Below, piece by piece: positions 50,366-59,189 of a stretch of DNA of 64,000 nucleotides. A program made the translations under genes and the position numbers. Source of the DNA: Candidatus Bathyarchaeota archaeon (GTDB taxonomy: Archaea > Thermoproteota > Bathyarchaeia > Bathyarchaeales > Bathycorpusculaceae); the NCBI GenBank assembly GCA_963811105.1, contig CAWEPZ010000003.1, forward strand, positions 63,957 to 127,956, read 5' to 3'. How positions within the stretch are numbered: the stretch's first letter is position 1; every line of letters starts with the position of its first letter. A model generated the notes under the pieces. It did no database searches. It was not told the origin of the DNA and saw only the letters and a program-made list of their open reading frames with translations.

Positions 50366-50770
50366 ATGCAAGCCGTAATAGACACAAGGTTTTTAGTTAC
50401 ACATTTTCTAGCCCCTGATGAAGAAACAAAGAACTGGACCAAAACAACACTTGAAGCTCTTCAAAAAGAACCCAACCAGGGAATAATACCCACTATAGTA
50501 ATTCATGAATTTTACAAGTTTGAAATGCAAACCCTCGGAATAGACGTCGCCAACATCAGAATCAACATCATCATGAAATCAAAATTAACCATAACTAACC
50601 TGGATTCGTCCATTGCTATTGAAGCAGCACGACTAAGATGCAAATACGCCGACTTGCCTACAGCAGACGCCATCATAGCTGCCACCTCCATCAACTCATC
50701 GGCCAACTTTATCCTTACCGACGACAAGCACATTAAACAAATCAAAGAAACCAAAACCAAGTGGATATGA
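50366..50770 (+). CDS. VapC-like PIN toxin
   Basis: VIDTRF, HEF, ADAIIAAT, LTDD.H. Confidence 0.9.
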   Translation: MQAVIDTRFLVTHFLAPDEETKNWTKTTLEALQKEPNQGIIPTIVIHEFYKFEMQTLGIDVANIRINIIMKSKLTITNLDSSIAIEAARLRCKYADLPTADAIIAATSINSSANFILTDDKHIKQIKETKTKWI

Positions 50771-50829
50771 ACATAAGTGCAAATCAATCAATTTTCTTAT
50801 TTCCCAATTTTTTCAAAAAAATGATAAAG

Positions 50830-50890
50830 AATTAGAAAGCAGTTGTGCCGTCATCGTTCTCCACTAATCTGGGGTTAGCGAGTCCCTAAA
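50830..50890 (+). repeat. Repeat A copy 7 (core 50845-50889)
   Basis: AATTAGAAAGCAGTTGTGCCGTCATCGTTCTCCACTAATCTGGGGTTAGCG. Confidence 0.93.
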
Positions 50891-50989
50891 TCAGATGATG
50901 AATTATCATGGAAAACATGTGTTCCTGCCCAGATATCAATAGTGGGAAAACTTAAATTAGTGGAATCATAATTTATTGTGGGAAATTCA

Positions 50990-51244
50990 ATGAGTGAAAC
51001 AACCGCGAAAATAGATGAGAAAGGCAGAGTAATGATTCCCAAAAGCATCAGAAAGGCAGCCAAAATTGAGGCAGGAACATACGTTAACATCAAGGCGACA
51101 GACACAACCATAATAATAGAACAGTCTGAATCTATAGCTGAAAAATATAGCGGTCTCTTCCAGATAGCTAAATGGCCTGAAGACTTGGATGAATTTATAG
51201 TGGAGGCAACTAGAAAATGGTGGACAAATCACGCTTCTATGTAG
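50990..51244 (+). CDS. AbrB/MazE-like antitoxin
   Basis: KIDEKGRVMIPKSIR. Confidence 0.9.
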   Translation: MSETTAKIDEKGRVMIPKSIRKAAKIEAGTYVNIKATDTTIIIEQSESIAEKYSGLFQIAKWPEDLDEFIVEATRKWWTNHASM

Positions 51245-51642
51245 ATGTAAATGTATTTGTTTACTGGCTTGGGAATCACCCAAAATACGGGCATGTAGCG
51301 TTGGACTGGATTAAGAAAATGGAAGCCTCTCCACGAGGAGAATATGTTACGTCAGCTTTAACACTTTATGAAACACTAGTGATAATATGTGGGTTAACTG
51401 GCAAGAATTTGAAAGACAAGAACTTTGTGCAACAGGTTGTCAATCCGATAACGAGAATCAAAGGATTAGTTATTGAATCCCTTAGATCAGAAGACTTCAG
51501 GAAAGCCGCGGACTTGATGAATGAATGCAAACTTGACTACGAAGACTCACTTCATCTCGCCGTAGCGATAAGAACTGGTGCACAAGAAATAATCTCAAAC
51601 GATAAAGACTTTGATGCTACCCAAATCAAAAGAACTATGTAG
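51217..51642 (+). CDS. VapC-like PIN toxin
   Basis: YVDVNVFVY, YEDSLHLA, ISNDKDFD. Confidence 0.9.
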   Translation: MVDKSRFYVDVNVFVYWLGNHPKYGHVALDWIKKMEASPRGEYVTSALTLYETLVIICGLTGKNLKDKNFVQQVVNPITRIKGLVIESLRSEDFRKAADLMNECKLDYEDSLHLAVAIRTGAQEIISNDKDFDATQIKRTM

Positions 51643-51684
51643 ATAACTGCAAGTGCGATGTGAAACCTTATCGCAAATGCGAGC

Positions 51685-51702
51685 AATTAGAAAGTGGTTG
51701 TG
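51685..51702 (+). repeat. Repeat A left-arm fragment (copy 8)
   Basis: AATTAGAAAGTGGTTGTG, then diverges. Confidence 0.7.
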
Positions 51703-51830
51703 AGAAGTTGCTGCTTCTGCCACTCGCTCCCTGCACAATAGTTGCTACAATCAACCCAACAAAAACTTCTTTTTAAAACGTCCAGAAACAATTATATTCT
51801 GGATTATCCAGATAACTTAGATGATCTACA

Positions 51831-52103
51831 ATGGCAACAATCCTAGTAAAAAACCTGCCTGAAGAACTACTAAAAGAACTAAAACGGCTAAAAATAGAAC
51901 TCGGCTGTAAAACCTGGGCAGACCTCCTATCAGAACTAGTCACCAGCGAAGAAACCCTACTCAACGAAGAAAAAAATAGCGAAACCGAAACCGGCGTCAA
52001 AAACTTCCTAAACCTAAAAACCGCAGTCTCAACCGAATGGAATAACAACCCAACCGTACTGCAAGAAACACGCAGGTCTAGACGACATGAAACAGCCAAG
52101 TAG
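51831..52103 (+). CDS. RHH-like antitoxin
   Basis: MATILVKNLPEEL..ELKRLK..LG..TW. Confidence 0.8.
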   Translation: MATILVKNLPEELLKELKRLKIELGCKTWADLLSELVTSEETLLNEEKNSETETGVKNFLNLKTAVSTEWNNNPTVLQETRRSRRHETAK

Positions 52104-52533
52104 ACGCCTTACTCTAGACTCCAACGTCCTTATCGCCGCATTAAAAGCAGATGAACCTCACAGTGAAAAATGCGCACAAATACTTAGCAAGGTACCAAAC
52201 AACTTCCAATTAGCTGAGCCAAGTATCATCTACCAAGAAGTGTGTGGGACTCTTGCCAGAAAAACAAACCTTGACATAGCCAACATGGCAAAAAAGCAAA
52301 TGGACCTTATGATTAATCCAAAACTGCTAACGAACTGTGACAAAACCCTATGTACCTCAGCATTTTGCTTGTGCTCAGAATATAAAATTTACACTATCGA
52401 CGCACTCTACCTACAGGTAGCTCTAACGAACAAAGCTATCATGGTTTCACTTGACAAAGAAGACTTTGTAGACAGACTTAAACAGAAAAAGTTACCCATC
52501 GAAGTCTACAGTGTCTCCGACTTTCCCTACTAA
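52087..52533 (+). CDS. VapC-like PIN toxin
   Basis: LDSNVLIA, EV, DALYL.VA, VSLD. Confidence 0.88.
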   Translation: MKQPSRRLTLDSNVLIAALKADEPHSEKCAQILSKVPNNFQLAEPSIIYQEVCGTLARKTNLDIANMAKKQMDLMINPKLLTNCDKTLCTSAFCLCSEYKIYTIDALYLQVALTNKAIMVSLDKEDFVDRLKQKKLPIEVYSVSDFPY

Positions 52534-52685
52534 AACAACAAAACTGTTTCTTTATCTGCAAGTGTCTCTAACGTTGCAAGTATCTGCTCCATCTTGATGT
52601 AAGTGCCGACCATTTCCTTGAAAAGCTTCTTTGGAATAACGATTCCTTCGTCTTTGATTTTGACTTTGCCTCCAACTGAATGCAC
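52530..52685 (-). pseudogene. Truncated antitoxin-like ORF
   Basis: KVKIKDEGIVIPKKLF...ILATLETLADKE; no partner toxin. Confidence 0.4.
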
Positions 52686-52918
52686 CTGAGTAATAGACAG
52701 TTTAAGCGGTTTTTAATTCTTTTCAGACAAATCTTTAATTTCGAACAAGAGTCTCTTACTTGAAACGTGATTACAACAGAAGCCAAGGTTGCTGATTAAT
52801 AGAGAAAGCCTTAGTGAACAAGAAGACCCCCCACTATACCTTGCAAGTCGTACACCAGACAACAATCAACTCGCCTTCATCTCAAATTTTGTCAAGAAAT
52901 GTAAAATAAATAAAAAAA

Positions 52919-52930
52919 GGTTGTGCCGCC
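52919..52930 (+). repeat. Repeat A fragment (copy 9)
   Basis: A-rich flank plus GGTTGTGCCGCC directly before a TA promoter region. Confidence 0.5.
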
Positions 52931-52980
52931 GGTAAGTTAAATAAATGATGTGTATACATTATGTATGTAGGAGGCTTAGG

Positions 52981-53208
52981 ATGTCAAGGCAGATTTCAGT
53001 CTCAAATGAAGTTTATGAACTTCTATCAAAAAGGAAAGGCAAAAAGAGCTTTTCGCAGGTTATAAAGGAGAATCTGTGCTCGGAGGAAAAAAAAGTGGAC
53101 ATCATGAGCTTTGCAGGAATCATGAAAGGCGACAAGCAGAAGCTTGAGCTATTGAAATCTAAAATAGCAGCCGAAAGAGAAGCTAATTACGGAAAAGCAT
53201 TGACGTGA
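52981..53208 (+). CDS. VapB-like antitoxin
   Basis: ISVSNEVYELL..RK.KKSFSQVI. Confidence 0.88.
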   Translation: MSRQISVSNEVYELLSKRKGKKSFSQVIKENLCSEEKKVDIMSFAGIMKGDKQKLELLKSKIAAEREANYGKALT

Positions 53209-53212
53209 GCAT

Positions 53213-53587
53213 ATGACTTTCATCGATACCAGTGTCATAATAGATTTCTTAGCGGGGGATGAAAAGATTGTTTCCTTAATCAAGGAACTAGCTGAGAAAG
53301 AAGAAATCAAAACAACGACTATAACAGAGTATGAATTACTCAAGCATAAGACCGAACTAAAAAGGCAGGTTGCAGAAAAGTTTTTGTCAGCAATAATAGT
53401 TTGTCCTTTCGACAGAACCTCTGCCAGAAAGGCGGCTTTACTTTTTGAGAAGCTTAGCAAAACTGGAAAGATGATCAACGAAAATGATTTGCTTATAGCA
53501 GGAATTTCATTCGCCAACGACGAACTTCTGTTGACGCGTGACCAAAAATTCGGTAGCATAGATGACGTAAAAATAAGGATAGTTTAA
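53213..53587 (+). CDS. VapC-like PIN toxin
   Basis: IDTSVIIDFL, EYEL, NDLLIAG, LTRD..F. Confidence 0.92.
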   Translation: MTFIDTSVIIDFLAGDEKIVSLIKELAEKEEIKTTTITEYELLKHKTELKRQVAEKFLSAIIVCPFDRTSARKAALLFEKLSKTGKMINENDLLIAGISFANDELLLTRDQKFGSIDDVKIRIV

Positions 53588-53719
53588 ATGCTCAATCCCA
53601 AGACCTAAACCTAAGAGTGCTAACGAATTAATTGATTTCAAAAAGTTACCAAATAGCGTACGAGTTGGGAAATTTAGGCTGGTAACTGTTTGATGTATTT
53701 GCAATTTGATTTTTGTTAC

Positions 53720-54135
53720 TAGAACATCACTCCCAGTATAACCTCAGCTAGACGAAACGCGATATATACAGAAGTAATCCACAATACCCTGCAAAGCCTT
53801 TCAACAAAAGTAACCCAAAACAAACCTTTAATGCAAGCACAAAAACCCTGCTACTTCTATCAGACAAAAAATAATAAAGAATTAGAAAGTGGTTATGCCG
53901 TCATCGTTCTCCTGGCATGGGGTTGGCGAGCACCTAACCCTGACTACGCTTATCTCATTTAAGGGCAAATAGAACATCCCTGCATTCTTGCCTTCAGCAG
54001 ACGAAACGTGACATTTGCAGACGCAACCAAAAAGCCCTCCAAAGCCTGTGCGACAAAAGCAACCCAAAACAAACCCCACTGCAAAGTGCAAAAACACCTG
54101 TTCTTCTTTTATCAGACAAATAAACCACTCCAAAA
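53720..54135 (+). repeat. B-A-B composite repeat (A copy 10 core 53895-53937)
   Basis: Period about 249 bp; parallels 43915-44290 and 41846-42090. Confidence 0.92.
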
Positions 54136-54152
54136 CAGAAGAAGCCTAATTA

Positions 54153-55245
54153 TAGTTAAAGACGTAGCTAATTAGATTGTTGTGGCAGGAACTTTTGAAC
54201 CCAGCCTTTTGCGAAGCTTAGTCTAGTGGATAGTTGTCTGTATGCGTTCTCTATTACCGTTCGGAACTCAGTTTCTGTCCTGAAGACTGCAGTGGATATT
54301 TCGTGTTTGAGACATCTCCAGAGCTGCTCAATGGGGTTTAGGTCGGGCGAATAAGGCGGAAGATAGGTCAAGCGTATGCCTAATTCTTGGGCCATCTGCT
54401 GAGTTGTTTGCGCCCTGTGGGAACGAAAATTATCCAGGACCAACACGATGCTCTCATCTGGGTTGTTTGCCCTGACTTCCTCCAGGAAGCGGCACACGCT
54501 CTCCTTCTTAGAATCTTCCTTAAAGCCGACGACGCTTACGCCTGCGGGAGCGTAGAAACCAAAAGTGTTAGCCTTATACTTTGTCGTATCATTCACGATC
54601 AATGCCTTGCCTAACGACCACACCCTCTGAGTGTTAGCGCACGTTGAGGCCTGCACTCGTCCATGAAGCCCAGCAGAACGTTCTTTTCATCTTCCAAATC
54701 TTCTAAGCCTTCCAAGCTGGTTGCTACGGCGCTCCTTCAGTTTAGTCTCGGCGTCGCTGGGCCTTCGATAGTCCCTCGGGTAAGCTTAGCATACCTCATG
54801 CCAAGCCGCCTGAGAAGCCTGCTCACGCTTCTAAGCGAGTATTCAACGCCGAACTTTTCCTCAATCTGAGCTTTTGCCTCTCTCGTCGTCCAGTAGTCTT
54901 GGCTTTCAAGCATTCGTTTCAGTTCATGCTGTTTCTCGCGAGGCAATTTTGGAGCTTTGCCTTCTCTGCGCGTAGGTTTCAAAGCGCTTAAGCCGCCGTT
55001 GTTCCACCGCTTCAGCCACAGGTACCCTGTTGCCCTGCACCTTCCAATTTTCTTAGTCGCCGTCTCCACTTCTTCGCCAGCGTAGAGGCTTCGGATGAAA
55101 ATCAGCCTTTCCACAAACCTCTTGCTCTTCTCATGCTTAATCAAGCTCTCCAACTCGACCTCAGAAAGATGCTTAACCAACAAAAATAGTTCACCCCTCC
55201 ACAAAACAAAAGAAAGCACAATCTAATTAACATTGACTTAAACTA
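54153..55245 (-). mobile_element. IS630-family element, transposase with several frameshifts
   Basis: TA target duplications (54151-2, 55246-7), imperfect IRs TAGTTAAAG/CTTAAACTA, HTH N-terminus, LDNF.SH, LPPYSPDLNPIE. Confidence 0.9.
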
Positions 55246-55284
55246 TAATTAAGTTAAACAGAGAGTATATTTGAGGCTAAGACA

Positions 55285-55725
55285 GTGAAAATCAGCGAAA
55301 AGAAAACAAAAAAGCCGCCTGCTTTATCAAAAGTAACTGTTGGTTCAATAGCCAGAATACCTATTCCAACCGTTAATCGTTCAGAAACTGCCTCTAAAAT
55401 CGCTTCACTTATGGTAAATTGTAACATAGGTGCTGTTATCGTTATGAGAGATACTGAACCCTTGGGCATAGTGACAGAGAAAGACCTAATTCGAAGAGTA
55501 ATATACGCAGAGAAAGACGCACGAGAAATTGTTGCTCAGGAAATAATGACGGCGCCGCTGATAACAATCTCGTATGACAGGACTGTTGAGGATGCGCTTG
55601 AAATTATGCAACACAATCACGTAAGAAGATTGGTAGTTCTCAAAGGCGAGAGCGCAGTTGGTCTATTGACTGAGAGACGACTGCTACGCGCAAAATTACC
55701 GTACGAACCTAAAATGAAATCTTAG
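55285..55725 (+). CDS. CBS-domain pair protein
   Basis: GIVTEKDL, IMTAPLITI, VRRLVV..GLLT. Confidence 0.9.
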   Translation: MKISEKKTKKPPALSKVTVGSIARIPIPTVNRSETASKIASLMVNCNIGAVIVMRDTEPLGIVTEKDLIRRVIYAEKDAREIVAQEIMTAPLITISYDRTVEDALEIMQHNHVRRLVVLKGESAVGLLTERRLLRAKLPYEPKMKS

Positions 55726-55933
55726 AGTTTAATTATCTCATCTCTTTAGATGTTTTTCAAGGTTTAATCAATTAACATAATGCAAAATCATTGTAATGGA
55801 AACGCTGTATGCTATTTGATAACTTTAATTTGAAAAAATATTAGCGCACTGAGCAGGTTTAGGTAAAAAAAGGCTTGAGCGCCTCTCACGTTTATTACTT
55901 CTCATACCATCGAGTGACACTCTCCACAGGATG

Positions 55934-55961
55934 GAGGGTTCAAATTCCACTCCTTGCACCA
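55934..55961 (+). other. Degenerate tRNA 3'-end fragment (possible att scar)
   Basis: GAGGGTTCAAATTCCAC-TCCTTGC-A-CCA: T-arm, acceptor 3' strand and CCA; no 5' half. Confidence 0.55.
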
Positions 55962-56000
55962 TTTGAAGATTGGTTAAGAAGCGCGCGCAGGTTTTTGCTT

Positions 56001-56228
56001 TCATCTTTCGGAAATTTCTTGGAGTTCAACGTTTTTGTCTTTGACTATTATAGCGTTCATTTTGCCGAAAAACTCCGTGTAACCAATCGTGTGCGCTATT
56101 GTTCTCTGTTTCCTTTTTATTTCTTCTGTGGAAACTTCAACACTTTGCCCAATATTATTTAAATCTACACAGACAAGAGTATTCGAAAATTCTAAAGTGC
56201 CGTCATCAAACCTTTTTTTGCTCTTCAT
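56001..56228 (-). CDS. Hypothetical small protein
   Basis: 75-aa ORF with plausible composition only. Confidence 0.4.
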   Translation of the reverse strand: MKSKKRFDDGTLEFSNTLVCVDLNNIGQSVEVSTEEIKRKQRTIAHTIGYTEFFGKMNAIIVKDKNVELQEISER

Positions 56229-56845
56229 TTCGATTCAGAAACAAATTATGTGAGCAAGATAACTAAAGATTATGAACCTGTAATTCATTTTTTTAAGGAG
56301 GCGTCTGTTCCGTGGAGGAAAGAGGAACTTGTCAATCATAAAAGGAAATGATGAGTTGGGCACAACCACACTGGAAAAAGTCTTAATAATTGTAGATTTT
56401 TTCGGCGCATTTGAAATTCTGTAACTACAAGTAAGGAAAAATTGGGAATGCGCCTATGTGAAGTCAACTATTTAGTCTTTCGTTTTCCATTCTTCTCCTC
56501 TATTCTTTCATTCCTTCCTCGCTGATTGACAAAGGGCACGCGCCTATCCGCCCACCAAAGAGCACTATGGCTTCGCATCCAGACCCTCCTCAATCGGGTG
56601 AACGTCCACCACTTAGGAACGCAAATTCATGGATAAGATGGTGGATTGTAAGTATCTTCGCAACAATCAGGGCAAAATAATAATAGATCTGGACTTTTTC
56701 CAGTTCGGCGAACTAATCGACATAAAGCCAAAGCAGGCAGCGAGTTTATTCACAGCATGAGCGAACAATTGTGCAAAACTAGTACACTAGTACACCATGA
56801 AAAAGCCTTTAAGCAACCTATCCAACTAAACCTTTGGTGACATAT

Positions 56846-57142
56846 ATGCGAAAAGTAAGAAGCGTAATTATTGTTACCACGCTCGCAGCCGTAGGGTTGC
56901 TTGTAGCCACCATAAGTCCCCTAACAGTTTTGTGGGTTTCAATTACCATGTTGATATTTCTATCAGTCATGAGGCAAGTAAGCTTTCAAAGAATGCTGCT
57001 GGCGCTGAAAAACTACGCTAAAAACGTGGCTCGAATGCGCGTTGAAATAAGAGCAAGGCTTCACACAGGCTTCAGAGACTATACTGACCCATTGGATGGA
57101 GAAGCATCACACCGCAGCGGAAGATGCGGCTACACAAGGTAA
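56846..57142 (+). CDS. Hypothetical small membrane protein
   Basis: GGTGA SD, two TM helices, basic tail. Confidence 0.6.
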   Translation: MRKVRSVIIVTTLAAVGLLVATISPLTVLWVSITMLIFLSVMRQVSFQRMLLALKNYAKNVARMRVEIRARLHTGFRDYTDPLDGEASHRSGRCGYTR

Positions 57143-57401
57143 ACTCCGCTTTTCAGCCTGTGCGTATGTAGAATGAGCGCGCAGGCTTTAGGGTTCCATT
57201 GCTAATGTTTACTTACCCTTTTATTTGGTTCCTTTCATGGCTGTGTCGCGTGAAATTTAAACGTGGGTTTAGATTTATACCCGCCCGCCACGGACAATCC
57301 CGCCCGTTTTGGGCGCGCTTGTTTTTCTTGGATTGAATCGGGTAAATCGTGAACCTGAAGGTTTAATATTTGGGTTTGGTATTTTGTTTAGTGTGGTTTT
57401 T

Positions 57402-57689
57402 ATGAGCGAAAATTTTGACAGAATACGATTTAGAGCACCAATCTGCTATTTTCCGCCAATATGGGAGCTCGTCCTCAACAAAGCAGTAGACCCCGCTCAA
57501 GCCGCAAAAACAGTCGCCGCTGAACCGGATCCACACCCTTGGGCTGTAGCAAATCATCTCAAGGAACGCATAGCCATCATAAAGCAGTTGTCCGACAGCA
57601 AAAAACTTGATGCAGGATTAGCCAAGATTGCTATCAGCCACTTTGAAGCTCACCTAAAAGAAATAGATGCCGTTCAGGCGCAGCATTAA
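57402..57689 (+). CDS. Small protein coupled to radical SAM enzyme (candidate substrate or partner)
   Basis: TAA directly followed by the rSAM ATG; ICYFPPIW and PDPHPW motifs. Confidence 0.6.
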   Translation: MSENFDRIRFRAPICYFPPIWELVLNKAVDPAQAAKTVAAEPDPHPWAVANHLKERIAIIKQLSDSKKLDAGLAKIAISHFEAHLKEIDAVQAQH

Positions 57690-58688
57690 ATGAAATTTGT
57701 CATCTTAGAAGTCGGCTACTCATGCAACGCCGCCTGTAAATTCTGCTACAACGCCTGGCGGACCTCCAAGCAACAAAAATACCCTGAGGCTCAAGTTCTA
57801 GCAAAAGCCTCTTTTTTTTCTATTATCGACAAATTGAAAAAATGGGGAGTAGACACCATTGGCTTTTCCGGCGGAGAGCCACTTCTAAATCCAGATCTTT
57901 TTGAAATAGCCGCCTACGCAAAAGCTAATGGCTTTAAGAATTCTCTTCTTACAAACGGGATTCTTGCAACGGAGTTTTCCAGCCAAATAGCGGAGAACTT
58001 TGAAGTAGTCCAGATTTCTCTTCAAGGCCTCCAGGCAACACACGACAAACTCACCGGCGGGGAAGGCAACTTTCAAAAGGCATTGTTAGGAAGGACTGCT
58101 TTGATGGATTACAAAGTGTCAGTTTCAGCAGTTATCGTGGTTAATCGACTAAATCTTTCTGAACTCAAAGATACCATTGCCCTTGCTGCTGGAATGGATA
58201 TGAATTCTGTTTTGGTGAATCGCTTTTTGCCTGGGGGAAAAGGATTAGAGAATACAGACTTAGCTTTTAACGAGGGTGAATTGGTGCAAATGCTCAATTT
58301 GGTCGAGGAGTCAAGTGAGGCATATGGTATTCCCGCACTTGTTGGTACTCCGACACCTTTGTGTCTTGAAGGGCTGCGAAGCTACAAGTTTCTACTAAAA
58401 GAAGGCTGCATGGCAGGTAAGGGTATTCACTGTGCAATTGATCCTTCTGGGGGTTTAAGAGTTTGCAACCACTCTCCGCAAGTTCTGGGCAATTGCTTGG
58501 AATTGGACCCAAAAGAAATCTATGAAAACTCGCACTATATCAAAGGATTTACTGAACTACGTTATACTCCCGAGATGTGCAAAAACTGCGACAAACTTGT
58601 CAAATGCAAAGGCGGCTGTAGAGAATCTGCACACGTTCTCTACGGCAGTCTAAACGATCCAGATCCCATTTTCCACTGTCGAAACTAA
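57690..58688 (+). CDS. Radical SAM/SPASM domain protein
   Basis: CNAACKFC, SGGEP, TNG, CMAG...C, CKNC.....CKGGC SPASM motif. Confidence 0.93.
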   Translation: MKFVILEVGYSCNAACKFCYNAWRTSKQQKYPEAQVLAKASFFSIIDKLKKWGVDTIGFSGGEPLLNPDLFEIAAYAKANGFKNSLLTNGILATEFSSQIAENFEVVQISLQGLQATHDKLTGGEGNFQKALLGRTALMDYKVSVSAVIVVNRLNLSELKDTIALAAGMDMNSVLVNRFLPGGKGLENTDLAFNEGELVQMLNLVEESSEAYGIPALVGTPTPLCLEGLRSYKFLLKEGCMAGKGIHCAIDPSGGLRVCNHSPQVLGNCLELDPKEIYENSHYIKGFTELRYTPEMCKNCDKLVKCKGGCRESAHVLYGSLNDPDPIFHCRN

Positions 58689-59189
58689 AGTAATCATTAC
58701 GTGCCCTTTCATTATTTACGAATGCGGAAGCTATCGCACTAAAACCACCTACTTAATCTCAAAAATCCAATCCTTGCCCGAAAAAGGTTTAGAAACAGAT
58801 TTGCCAAGCATCGGCTTGTAAAAACGACTAAAGCTCTACTTGCAGGAGTTACGTTTCAGAAAGCAGCAATGCAACTAGCCAATAATTTTTGAGCCCATGG
58901 TAACGTCTATTCTTTTGGCTCAGCAAAAAAAGCTTCAAAACCTTGAGTACAAACTTAACGATGCGCTGTGGAAAAAAATCTGTGCAAAGGCCTTTTGACG
59001 TAATCTCTGCAAGTGTAACATATGACCCCACATCCAACACATTTAGTCTTCAAATAACTGACACAACTACTAACACGGTATGATTTTCTGGGGAAAATGA
59101 TTTCTAACTTCACGAATAACCATGCTGAACCCTTAGTTTGTATTATTAAATGACAAAAAAGAAAAAGGGAGAATTTTTGGAAATGCTGT

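Noticed and set aside
53891-53940. Canonical integron attC site
   Set aside because: The GTT and AAC boxes are in the reverse order and no IntI gene is visible; kept only as an analogy.
39249-53960. Repeat A as a CRISPR array
   Set aside because: Intervals are 0.6-6 kb and contain genes; there are no uniform spacers or cas genes.
56197-56207. Additional repeat A copy (GTGCCGTCATC)
   Set aside because: Only 11 bp, inside an ORF, without the rest of the motif; could be chance.
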